This document shows positions 52,554 through 64,000 of a DNA stretch of 64,000 nt, piece after piece (positions within the stretch are counted from its first letter, which is position 1; the number at the start of each line of letters is the position of its first letter). Origin of the DNA: Malacoraja senta (Eukaryota); NCBI GenBank assembly GCA_038087875.1, contig CM075994.1:7814001-7878000 (forward strand), written 5' to 3'. The notes below the pieces were generated by a model. That model had not been told where the DNA came from. It did no database searches and saw only the letters and a program-made list of their open reading frames with translations. A program made the translations under genes and the position numbers.

Positions 52554-53799
52554 CATTCCTTCTCTCCAGAGATGCTGCCTAACCTGATGAGTTACTCCAG
52601 CATTATTTGTGTCTACCTTAGATGTAGAATCCTTGTGAGTAGAGCTAAGAAACTGCAAGGGTAAAAAGACCCTGATGGAAGTTATTTACAGTCCTCCGAA
52701 CAGTAGCCAGGATGCAGGAAACTCATTTCAATTGGAATATAAGAAAGGCAATGTTACAGTGGTCAATGGGGAATTTCAATATGCAGGTAAACTGGGAAAA
52801 TTAGGTTGGTACTGGATCTCTCGAGAAGGAATTTGTAAAGTCCCTACGAGATAATTTCTCAGAGCAGCTAGTAGCCGAGACTACCAGGGAAAAATAAATT
52901 CTGGATTTGATAGTCTGAGTCAAACCCGGATCTCTGGTTCCGTAACACAGTAACTCTACCACTGTGCCACTGTACCGCCCAAAGTAGATCCATAGCAAGA
53001 ATGACGGTGGAACAGCAATGGCAGGAATTCCTGGGAATAATTCGGAAGATGCAGGATCTTTTCAACTCAAAGAGGAAGAAAGATTCTATGGGGAGAATGA
53101 GGTGACCGTGGTTCACAAGGGAGGTCAAAGACCGCATAAATCTAAAAGAGAAGGCAAAGATTGGTGGGAAGCTAGTGGATTGGGAACTCTTAAAACAAAA
53201 TTAAAAAATAAAGTTTTTTAAAAGGCAATATGGGGAGAAAAGAGAAATATGAAGGTAAGCTAGCCAATAATATAAAAGAGGATACCAAAGGTTTGTTCAG
53301 ATATATGATGGGTAAGAGAGAGGCAAGAGTGGACATTGGACCATTGGAAATTGATGTTGGATAAGTGATAATGGGGAATTAACAAATGTCAGATGAATTG
53401 AATAGTTTTTCACGACAGTCTTAACAGCGGAAGACACCAGCAACAAGCCTGAAATTCAATAGAGTCAGGGGGCAGGGGTTAGTGGAGTGGCTATTAATAA
53501 GGAAAACGTGCTTGGGAACCTGAAAGGTGGGAAGGTGGATAAGTCACCTGGATCAGATGGACAACAGCCCAGGGATCTGAAAGAGGTGGCTTTAGGGATT
53601 GTGGAGGCATTAATGGTGATCTTTCAAGAATCACCAGAGTCGGGGGTTCGAGAGGATTGGAAAACTACAAATGTTACTCCACTGTTCAAGAAGGGAGCGA
53701 AGCAAAAGAGGGGAAACTACTGTAGAGGCTGGTTAGCCTGACCAGTGGTTGGTAAGATTTTAGAGTCCTTTATACTGTCTCCGAGTAAGGATGTACCTT

Positions 53800-54050
53800 G
53801 AGAACGTAGAGGTATTTCTTTAGTCAGAGGGTAATGAATCTGTGGAATTCATGGCCACAGACAGCTGTGGAGGTCATGTCATTTGGGTATTTTTAAGGCA
53901 GAGGTTGACATATTCCTGATTAATAAGGGTGTCAGGGGTTATGGGGAAAGGCAGGAGAATGGGGTTGAGAGGGAAGGATAGACCAGCCATGCTTGAATGG
54001 TGGTAGACTCAATGGGTCAAATAGCCTAATTCTGCTCCTATGACATGAAC
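53800..54050 (+). mobile_element. CR1 3' end
   Basis: FFSQRVMNLWNS and 3' UTR. Confidence 0.75.
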
Positions 54051-55944
54051 ATGCCTTTTTAACCATCTTACCTACAGTACCTCTCCAGCTACTTTATGCA
54101 GCTATGGGCATACACTTTAAAGCCCCTCTGTTTTTCCATGTTTCTCAATATCCTATTTATTGTTTTTTTCTCTTGTCTTGTTGCTCCTCCCCAAATATAA
54201 AATAACACATTTCTCTGTGTTAAATTCCATTTGTCACCTTTCGGGCCAGGTAACCAGACCACTTATATTCAACTGAAGTTGAATGTTGTTCTCTTGCCTG
54301 TCAACAACACATAATTATTTTAATCACCTGCAAATGTATTTTACTATGTCCCCTACATTAAAGTGTCATTCATTAATAAGTACCAAAAAAAGGCAAGGGA
54401 CAGAATACTGAGCCTTGTGGAACCGCTCTGGTACAGCCGTTCGGGAACAAAAAGGATCTGTCCATCATTAACTTTGCTTCCTGCCGGTGAGCCAATTTAA
54501 AATCCAAATTGCCAGTCTTCCTGAGGTCCTTTGCACCTTTGCAGCCTATACCATGGAACCTTGTCAGAAGCAGATGTGCCAGCACATCTATTTTCATTTC
54601 AGATTTCCAGCATCTGCACTTTTTTAATTTCACTTGTACTTTTTGCTGCCTCAAAAATATAAATCGTTAGTCATTTATGACTAATTTCTCATTTAATTTC
54701 CTCTTTTCAAAATGTTAGCCAAAACTTCCTTTCACGCCCACTTGTTTCCTTAGTAAATGGCTTTGAATTTAATTTATTCCACAATAATTCCAAGTAAAAT
54801 TTCATTTCTCTCGTTACCTACCATTTCATGATTACACATTTGTTCACAATATTAAATGTTTTTTAATGCATTGAGATCCATGCATGTCAGAACATGTCTG
54901 GTTTTGACCAGCAGCACTACATCTTTCTATTTCAAAGTTCAGTTTTGTTTCATCCTTCGTCATAACTCATGCCTTAACAAAAGACAACTTTCCTTCTATT
55001 TGAGGGTCAAGGATTGTAACTTCCAGCAGCTCTTGAATTTCAACGTTCTTCTTGATCTTTCTCCCGACTCCAGCATCTGCACTCATATGTTTCTTTATTT
55101 GTCTTTCCATTTTCCTGTTAAACCATCTCTCCTCACAATCTTGGCCCTTGCCTTGTTTTCACTTGCAGTGCCATGCAGAGGTTCAGCTTCAAATCCTTCT
55201 GCCCCTATCTCAATGTTTTTTTAGCCTGTCAAGGTGTTGAGCTCCTCTTCCTTTTCCTCTACACCTATTTCTATCTCAGTAATCAACATACCAGACACTG
55301 TCCTCCATCTAACTGAACGTGTTCTCACAAAGAACAACTTTCCCCTTCTTCCATCTTTAGAATTCCTGAATGTCTGCATGTCTCTCTTATTTGTTACTTG
55401 ATCTGCAGCCTGTTTCAAACATTTTCTATTTCTATTTTTGATTTCTCATAAGAAATCCACAATGATTAAACTGTGCATTACTAAATGAAGATTTATACTG
55501 TCCCTTTGAATTGATTTTAATATTTTTACCACCACTCAAACTAGCTGCCCCATAATTATTTCATTTACCGCATCCTCCCTTTTTAAACAATGGTAAGCTG
55601 TCCTCTATGCAGCATTGGATGATAAATAAATGATGGTCGGAGGCTATGCAATTTTCTCTTTTGCTTCGTTTAACAGCTTAGGATATATTGCTTGCATCTA
55701 AGGCAATTCATCCATTTTCAAAAGTGCTAGACTTGTTAATACTTTCTCCTTCACTCTGCTTATGCAATCTAATATTTCACTTTCTTCCTCCTTAATGGCA
55801 ACATCAACATCATCTTTTGTGAGGTGCTTATTAAGAACACCACTCACATGTTTTCCTTTATGATTGCTTATGGGCCTACATCTCCTGAACTGTATTATTT
55901 TATCTTTATGGTCTTAGAAAATATAGTTAGAAAGTATATAAAGA

Positions 55945-56150
55945 GCAGTGCTGAACTACTTAAGTGACTCTCAGACCATCCTTGATCGGAATTTGCTTGC
56001 TTTACCGTGCACTAAATGTTATTTCCATATAATGTATCCATACACTGTCAATGGCTCAATTGTAAGCATGTATTGTCTTTCTGCTGTCTGGATAGCACAC
56101 AACAAAAGCTTTGCACTGTACCTCGGTACACGTGACATTAAACTAAACTG
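55945..56150 (+). mobile_element. Rex1/Babar-type 3' UTR fragment
   Basis: Tail cactgtacctcggtacacgtgacattaaactaaact. Confidence 0.55.
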
Positions 56151-56435
56151 ATATTGATTTTCTTTAATTTTACTATTACATTTTGTAGATTTGTTCTCGT
56201 CTTTCTGCAGTAGTAAATTCTCAATATCTTACACGAGCTTCCCATTTGAAGAGAGTGGTCATATGACAATGACAATGTGGTTAAAAGGCAAAATACAAAA
56301 TTATATATTTTTTAAAGATAAATAATTTTAAAGAAAATCACACAGGGTCTACTGGACTGAAATTGTGGGCAGAATTTTAACAAATCCCCTGGAATACTGG
56401 AATGATCAAGAGCTATGTGGTTTTACAGCTCAACT

Positions 56436-57060
56436 TTCTACAGGGGTACGGTGGAGTCTGTACTCACGTACTGCATAAATACGTGGTACTCCACCTGCAA
56501 CTGCTCGGACAGGAAGGCTCTGCAGAGGGTAGTGAGGGGAGCAGAGAAGATCATTGGCGTCTCCCTACCCTCGGTACAAGAACTGTTCCAGAGCCACTGT
56601 CGGAAAAAGCTCAGAGAATTGCTAAGGACAAACTGCACCCCCTCCACATACACCTGGATCTCCTGCCATCAGGCAAGAGATATCGCAGCATCAAAGCCCG
56701 GACTACAAGACTGCTAAACAGCTTCCTGCCATATACTGTGAGGCTGCTAAACAGCCACTCTGTACTCACAGTCACCTGATTCTGCGGCTTGGCACGGACA
56801 CTTTAATAACTGGCACTGGCCACTCAAATCAGCCACCCCGGACATGTTTATGATTGGTTTTACTGTATTTTAATGTTGTTTTTACCTACTTTTTAACTAT
56901 TTATACTGTTCCATCAGGGACTGGATTGTTTTTAGTGTTATTATGTGTGAAATGTTTTAAATTTCATGTGCGATGCTCCGGTATTCCCTGGGAAACGTCT
57001 TTTCATTTTACACTGTACAACTGTTGCTTGCAAGATGACAATCAAGGTTGATTGATTGAT
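56436..57060 (+). mobile_element. Rex1/Babar LINE 3' fragment
   Basis: FYRGTVESVLTYCI..WY, LLPSGKRYRS..ARTTRL.NSF and a (TTGA)n tail. Flanking direct repeat ttttacagctcaact at 56421-56435 and 57069-57083. Confidence 0.85.
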
Positions 57061-57544
57061 AGTTACATTTTTACAGCTCAACTGCTTTTCACTCAAAAGC
57101 ATCTAATACATCTCCATTTCAGGACTAGTGAAAAGAACAACATTGAATATACTTAACTGCACTTTGAGCAGCATTGTACTGGAGTTGCACTATTAAAATG
57201 AAGGGAGAGGTCTGAACTTTTTTTAATTCACTATTTGGTATTTAACTATCATCAATTTAACAAAGTGTGCAGTAACACGAAAGTCAACAGAGACGTTTAG
57301 AATTCAGTACGATTGCATAAGGTATAAACATTATATCTTGGTATTGAGGTCCTGCCCAGAGTTTGATAGAGCTTTTCTGTTCATAGACTGTTCAATCATG
57401 ATCCCATTACTACAATAGCTAACTCTGAATGTACCCACGTACAGAGAAAAGCCAGTATGCCTACTGGACAGCGAGCTTCCCAAAGTTGTCCTATATAGCT
57501 TTCTGCAGTCACTTGTCATGAATCTTCTTTCAGCGATGCAACAG

Positions 57545-57556
57545 CCACTAGGGGGC
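57545..57556 (+). promoter_or_regulatory. Candidate CTCF core motif
   Basis: CCACTAGGGGGC in unique sequence. Confidence 0.35.
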
Positions 57557-59089
57557 TGAACAGTGTAGAAACAGTAGGACAAGGAGATTTCAAGTATTCA
57601 CCAATGAGCTGTTGGCAATTGGATGATCTTTGGAATGATTCGAATTATATATTTGAATTATAAATAATTTGGAAAGTTGATTTTATGTGAGCTTTTATTC
57701 CAATGTTATATTTAAACTCACACCCTCATTGGGAAGAGGAGATAAGAACAGTGGTCTCAAGCTGGTTGTGTTATGTTTATTGGCATTGGAGCCAGATTAA
57801 TTTGTCACGGTCTCCTACTACTGCTCCAGACCTATTTACCACAGAGGTGATGGCCAGGATGGTTGCAAGGTTGTGTAGCATACAGAAACCCATCAGCGAG
57901 ACTTTCTCTGTTTATTACTACAGTTGCTGTTGAGAAGCTTAAGCAACAGAATCAATGTTAGGCATGTCGATGTTCAGCTTTATCAGTTTTCTTGTGACTT
58001 GATGGCTTTCATTAAGTGCCTGTTACCCTGGGCTTTTCATTATAGTCATGGGCCCCGTGAATTGTGGTTGTCACCGCTATCTATCCCCTTATTTATCAGT
58101 GATCAAATACTGATACTGCAAATTGGAAGTTCTAAAGATATAACATGAGTCATCTGGTAAGTTTGGTATTAATTAGAAATATGTATAAATCTTGTTGTGA
58201 GAAAAACTGAAAGATGATTGTACAGTTTTTGTGGTCAGTGGTGAGGTAAATACCTTGAAGGCAGATGAACACAAATGTTTAGGAACCTTTCAGAACATTA
58301 GTTTTATCTTAGACTCAACTGTCATACAACTACTATCATCTTATCAAATAGGCTAAACACCATTTCTATATTTAATTTTGAAATTATATTTATTCTGTAA
58401 AAATTAGACCAGAAAAAAAGAGGTTTACTGAGACAGCAGTTGTTATAAAAATCCCAAGGTTTTATTTTATTTAAGCAATGTATATTCTGCTATCCATATA
58501 TAAGGATAGATTTAACTTCATCACCTGAACATCATGGGCAATGCCTGCAATTAATGCAGAAAGGAAAATCTGATCTGAATGATCACAGCTCCTTCAGTGC
58601 ATTTCTTCTGCATTGTTTCAACTGCAGAGAAAATTCCAATCCATCCTGCACGATCATCTTCCTTTTATTCAATCTATATATTTATTGTGCATGTGGAAAG
58701 GACAATTTTCAGACTATTTAAGGTGTGATCTTTATTTTAGTTTGCAGTTAGCAGTAATTAGCATTAGAATTGACTTTATTCCGAAAGCATCATTTGCATT
58801 ACTAGCAAGCTTGAAATTAATTGCCCATTCCTTGCTTTTCTTCAGAAACTGGTGGCAAGTCTGTTTGAACGGTCCACATAGAGATGGTGCTCCTACAATG
58901 CTGATAGACAGAGAATCCATGGTTTTTGAACCTGTAGTGATTGGGGAGCTCTACTATATTTCCAACTTAGAAAAGTCTGCAACTTGGAGGATCTATTGGG
59001 ACTGATGGTATTCCCAAACATCTGCAGTATGTTGTTCACCTTCTTTACCGACCTTTCCATTTCTGTTGCTGTCGGACAGTGGCAACATA

Positions 59090-59690
59090 AGTGGAAAGGG
59101 TGGTAAAGAAGGCATATGGTATGCTTGCTTTCACTGGTCGGGGCATTGTGTATAAAAGTTGGGGAGCCATGTTGCAGTTATATAAAAATTTGATTCCGCC
59201 ACATTTGGAGTACTGTATTCAGTCCAGGTCGTCACATCATAGGAAGAATATGGAGGCTTAAGAGGGTGCAGAAGAGGTTCACCAGGATGTTGCCTGGATT
59301 GTCTCAGCAATTTGGAGAAGTTGGATTATTTTCTCTGGAGCATTCCTATCAAAGCCAATAACACAGGTATCGATGGACTGATTCTTAAACATCATCAGAT
59401 TGAACTGACAGAAGCCTCATTCTCCAAACGGTCCAGACAAGCTTCATGCCCTTAGCTCAGTTATAAGCAATGACCCCATGACAGTTCAATGAAGTATTAT
59501 CTAGAAAGAGATAGTTCGATTTTCAAGAGAGAGTTAGATAGAGCTCTTAGAGATAGCGGATTCAGCGGATATGGGGAGAAGGCAGGAACGGGGTACTGAT
59601 TGTGGATGATCAGCCATGATCACAGTGAATTGTGGTGCTGGCTCGAAGGGCCAAATGGCCTACTCCTGCACCTATTGTCTATTGTCTATA
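59090..59690 (+). mobile_element. CR1 fragments (old piece 59090-59340, young 3' end 59515-59690)
   Basis: CR1 motifs and (CTATTGT)n tail. Confidence 0.75.
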
Positions 59691-60593
59691 GATTATAAAG
59701 GTGCCGTGAATTTAAATCTCAATAGCCCCAAAAATTCCAACAAGCTGAAGCTTGATTTAAACTGAAAAGAGGAAAGTGGTAAGAAAAGAGAAAAATAAAA
59801 CACATCCAATAATGGAAATAATTGAAATGCCATTAAATGTCTGCGAATCTAGGATTAAAATACTGTCTCTACAGGAAAGTTCAATGAATCATTTTAGGTT
59901 AGCTTTGAAACAAGGGATCACTATAACTGAAGGCTGGCATCAATAGATTTTTATTTCATGTTTAGAGTTATATGTGTTTAGAATGGGAGATGTATCACAC
60001 AGGGAATTAACTTGTAAATCTGTGACATTTTACACAAGGATCATAAGCTTTGTAAATAAATGTAGCAATTACACAAAGCCTGTCAATTATTACAAATTTG
60101 GATTATATTGATTGTTCACAGATAATACAATGCCTATGCAAACAAACTTTAAATTACAGAGAAAATAACATAATTATTATATTCACACGTAAAATGTTTA
60201 TGATGCAGAAATGTATCTTTGGAAACTAATTTCTTATTCACTATTAGTCCTCAAGTCTGGAAACTTGCATAATTGTCATAAGCCCACACATAAAACAGAG
60301 GATGAATATGATGTAAGGACATTCCTGATTAACTAGATTAACATGTTAAAAATGATTTGAAGGGAAAAAAAGGCTTGTCAAGGGATGAATGATTCAATGC
60401 ATCAAAACACCTCTTCATTGCTGAATAATAATGTCATATCTTGCTTGTCAGGAGGTGGGGGAACAGAGTGATAATGGTTAGTCTTCCCCAATCGTAAAGT
60501 ATGATTGGGACCTTTGAATTTTACTCAGGAAGAATGAGCAAAGAATATTAAACCCACCTGTTTTAGTTTTTCGTGGGGGCGTCCAACAGTTAG

Positions 60594-60601
60594 TATAAAT
60601 A
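60594..60601 (+). promoter_or_regulatory. TATA box of the candidate cytokine gene
   Basis: TATAAATA about 70 bp upstream of the ATG at 60665. Confidence 0.55.
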
Positions 60602-60664
60602 GGTGTAACTAGAACAGCAGTCTATATCTCTCCTATCAGCAAACAGTCCATTGCTGGCTTCAAA

Positions 60665-63359
60665 ATGAGTAAGTAATTCTTGAATACAGAATTTGCAGAT
60701 GAATGAATATGTGAGAGGTTTTGACGTTCAGCACTGTAAGATCAAAAATAGTACACTGTACTGCAACGAGAACTTTCTAGTGCGTATGATACATCTTTTT
60801 ATTTCACAGTCTCTTTTAGGTGCATTATCTTGTTCCAAGTTTTATTTGTGTTTGCGGCTGAGAAGAATGCCAGAGTATTTAAAGAATGTAACGAAACAGC
60901 ACTGAAACAAGACCAAGAAATAATTTTCAATAACTTGGTAAGTTATTTCATTCCAAATAGGATTATATTTAATTTTAATTTATAGGATACGTGAACATTG
61001 AATTCTGCGTGAATATTAAATGTTAAAAGTCCTCCGTCGGGCATTTTATAGAGCTATTCTCTGGATACTGACACAAAAGCAAAATGCTGGACACAGTCAA
61101 CAGGTCGGACAGCAGCTACAGACAGGGAGATAAGAGTGAACGCTTCAGATCAATGACAAGTTCTTTAGCATGCTGCTTGCCCTGCTGCGTGTTTCCAACA
61201 TTTTCAGGGTTTTTTAATTTAAAGATTTAAAGAATCAGCAGTTTTTAAAACTAGATTTTTGGTCTCCAGGTGCAATGTCTGGTTAACGGTGTCCGTTCAG
61301 GTAGGATTTGTATGGGAGCTACTGCATGCCTTTCGACATGAGTACTTCTGAATGCTCCGTTATGTAAATGCAATTCGACCACATTGTGTGAACCTATGGA
61401 CAAAATTGCGGGGTCAGTGCTATCACCCATACGGGAGGACGGGAGGGTGGCTAATATTGTGCCACTATTTGAGAAAGGCAGTAATAAAAGCCTGGGAACT
61501 AGAGGCCAGTGAGCTTAACATCAACCTAGGCTTTATCAGGTACAGGTCAAACCGCAGTTGTAGAATTGTGAGCAATTTTGAGCCCCATATCTGAGGAAGG
61601 ATATGCTGGCATTGGAGAGGGTCCAGAGGAGATTTACGAGAATGATTTTAGGAAATGATTGGATTAACTTATGATGAGCGGTTGACCGCACTGGGTCTGT
61701 AGGCGCTGGAGTTTAGAAGGATGAGGGGGAACGTCATTGAAACTTATCGAATAGTGAAAGACCTGGATAGAGTGGATCAGGAGAGAATCTTTCCATTGGC
61801 GAGAGAGTCTGGTATCAGAGGGCATAGACTCAGAATAAAAGTACATACCTTTAGAAAGGAGTTGAGGAGGAATTTCTTAATCATGGGATGGTGAACCTGT
61901 GGAATTCTTTGCCACAGATAGAGGCCAAGTCATTGGGTATTTCTATAGCAGAAATTAACAGATACTTGATTAGTACTTGGGTTACGGGAGAAGGCAGGAG
62001 AATGGGCTTAAGAGGGAAAGATAGATCAGCCATAATTGAATGACGGAGTAGACTCGATGGACTGAATGGCCTATTTCTGCTCCTGTAACATGAACTTATG
62101 ACAAGGTACAAAATGATAGGCTGATATGAAACATTAGGTCATATGCGATTCAGGCAGAGCTGGCCAACTGGATACAAAATTGATTTGAAGGTCGCAGACA
62201 GAGGGTGGTGACAGAGGGTTGTTTTTCAGACGGGAGGCCTTTAACAACCACAGGGAGAATGAAATTGAGTGAAACCACAAAATACTGCAAATATCTTGCT
62301 GCCACAATCAACAATAAATAACTGCTCCCTCCATGAAGATGGTAATAGACAATAGACAATAGGTGCAGGAGTAGGCCAATGACACCAAAATTGGAGGTGC
62401 AATGGACAGTGAAGAAGGTTATCTAAGATTACAAAGGGATCTTGATCAACTGGGCTAAGGAATTGTAGCTGAAATTTAATTCAGATAAAGGCGAGGTATT
62501 ACATTGTGGTACGACAAACCAAAGCAGGACTTACACAGTAAATGATAGGGATCTCGGGAATGTTGTAGAACTGAGAGATCAAGAGTTACAGATACATTGT
62601 TCCAAGAGAGTGGGGACACATGTAGACATGGTGGGGCAGAATATGTTTGGTACACTTGGCTTTATCGATCATGGCTATTGAGTACAGGAGCTGTGTTACA
62701 GCTATACAAGATGTTGGTAAGGCCATATTGGGAGTTCTGTATACAGTTCTGGTCACCTTGCTGCAGAAGGATGTCAATAAACTGGAAAAATTGACAAAAC
62801 AGATTTACGAGGATGTTACTGGGTTGCAGAGTTTGAGTTATAAGGACAGGCTGGATAGGCTGCGACCTTTTCCCCTGGCATACACTGAGGGATGATCAAC
62901 CAGAGGTTTGTAAAATTATGAGGGACAAAGAACAGGTGAAGAGCCACACAGTCTTTTTCCAAGGGTGTGGGAATCTAAAGGGCATGGGTTTAAGGTGAGA
63001 GGGGAAAGGTTGAAAGGGGGTCCTGAGAGACAACTTTTTTCCACACAGAGGGTGGTGCATACATGGAAAGAGCTGCCAGAGGAAATGGTAGAGGTGGGTA
63101 TGACTATAACATTTCTTTCGGAAAGGTTTAGAGGGTTATGGCCAGGGCAGACTTAGCTCGGTTAGGTTAGGCAACTTGGTCAGATGGACAAATTGAGCCA
63201 AAGAGCCTGTTTCCATGCTGTATAATTCTATGACAATATATCATAGTTGGTACCATTAAAACTTGATTAATGCAAATACATCAAATACAGTAAAAGAACA
63301 TAATTAACTGATTGCTTTCTTTGTTTATTCAGAACATCACAAGAAAGCTTCCTAACAAG
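60665..63359 (+). CDS. 5' part of a secreted TSLP/IL-7-like cytokine; exons 60665-60668, 60810-60937 and probably 63333-63359; continues beyond the window
   Basis: Splice sites aaaATGA|gtaagt, tttttatttcacag|TC, TTG|gtaagt, tttctttgtttattcag|AAC and AAG|gtacat. Spliced frame is open: MISFRCIILFQVLFVFAAEKNARVFKECNETALKQDQEIIFNNL-NITRKLPNK. Confidence 0.6.
61560..63235 (+). mobile_element. Two CR1 fragments (61560-62100 and about 62130-63235) in the candidate intron
   Basis: RT and C-terminal motifs and 3' UTRs. Confidence 0.8.
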
Positions 63360-64000
63360 GTACATTTTCATGCATGTTAATATAATGCCTCTCATTTATC
63401 AAATCATTGTGAGAAAAGTAATTTTATAAAACAAAGTAAATAAATAAGTTTCTTAAAACAATGCAACTTACATTTATGTAGCGGTTTAAGTCTTTGTCAG
63501 GTTGAGCTTCAGTGAGAGGAAAGGAAAATGGAAAGGTACAAGAAATTCTAGAATATAGGGTTGGGTGGATGAAGTAAAGTAAAGCCATCAATGAAGAGGC
63601 AAAAGAGGGGGGTGAAGAAGCATATGAAGCCAGTTCGCAGTAGGTTGTATGGTTTGAGAAGATGAAGGGAGTTGAGAATTTTTTAATGAAGCTGCCATTG
63701 AACGTTAGCCAACTGGGAGGAGATGGAGGAATGAAACGATGCAAATTAAGATGTATACAGCAAATTAGTGATAGTAAGACTAAATTGGTTAGGCAGCCAG
63801 GCTTGCACTGCATTGAGCGTAGAGGAAACAAAATCATAAAGGAGGGAGAGTTTCATCAGCAGACTTGGTACTGGAAGGACAGTGGGTTTGGACACTCTGC
63901 TTGAAGTCAAATGTAGGCTGACCCCATCAGGGTCATAGTTAGACATGGTGGCATGTAGCTAAAATATTTGGCAAGGAGAAGGATACAATCTGTGATTAGA

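Larger units (their letters stand above)
49808..52620 (+). mobile_element. Penelope-like element 3' portion (GIY-YIG and terminal repeat), split by a DNA transposon
   Basis: CTSSNLIYCIRCSRCQLLYIGET (GIY-YIG) at 49812-49885 and KLEEQHLIFRLGRLHPSGMN at about 52335-52395. 13-bp TSD gatgtagaatcct at 49795-49807 and 52621-52633. Confidence 0.88.
49360..53775 (+). mobile_element. Decayed CR1 (endonuclease to RT start) hosting Penelope and other inserts
   Basis: Endonuclease sequence is continuous across 49807/52634. KSPGSDG...VTPLFKKG at 53487-53741. Confidence 0.8.

Noticed and set aside
58552..58614. Pre-miRNA-like hairpin (aatgcagaa...ttctgcatt)
   Set aside because: The stem is short and irregular and no known mature miRNA was recognised.
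60693..60905. 70-aa ORF from the track as the gene product
   Set aside because: It starts at TTG in the intron and uses a different frame from the splice-supported signal peptide.

Overview
Repeat-dense vertebrate DNA, most likely from a cartilaginous fish (skate, ray or shark). This assignment is inferred from the mix of CR1/HER1-type LINEs, V-SINE/HE1-like SINEs and Penelope palindromes. Most of the window is nested transposable elements: many CR1 fragments; a decayed BEL/Pao LTR element with two insertions in its protease; an RTE-X-like LINE interrupted by a CR1, which is itself interrupted by an L1 with an intact ORF2; a second truncated L1; three head-to-tail non-autonomous Helitrons; a bipartite RTE-derived retroposon; hAT and PIF/Harbinger MITEs; a Tc1; a Penelope with hammerhead-like motifs; and a Rex1. 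Two observations stand out. (1) Near 60.6-63.4 kb lies a spliced host gene that the ORF track misses. It has a TATA box, a 4-nt first coding exon and a signal peptide MISFRCIILFQVLFVFA, and it resembles the TSLP/IL-7 cytokine family. (2) The L1 insertion is flanked by an apparently identical 774-bp target duplication. All calls were made by eye and no database searches were run.
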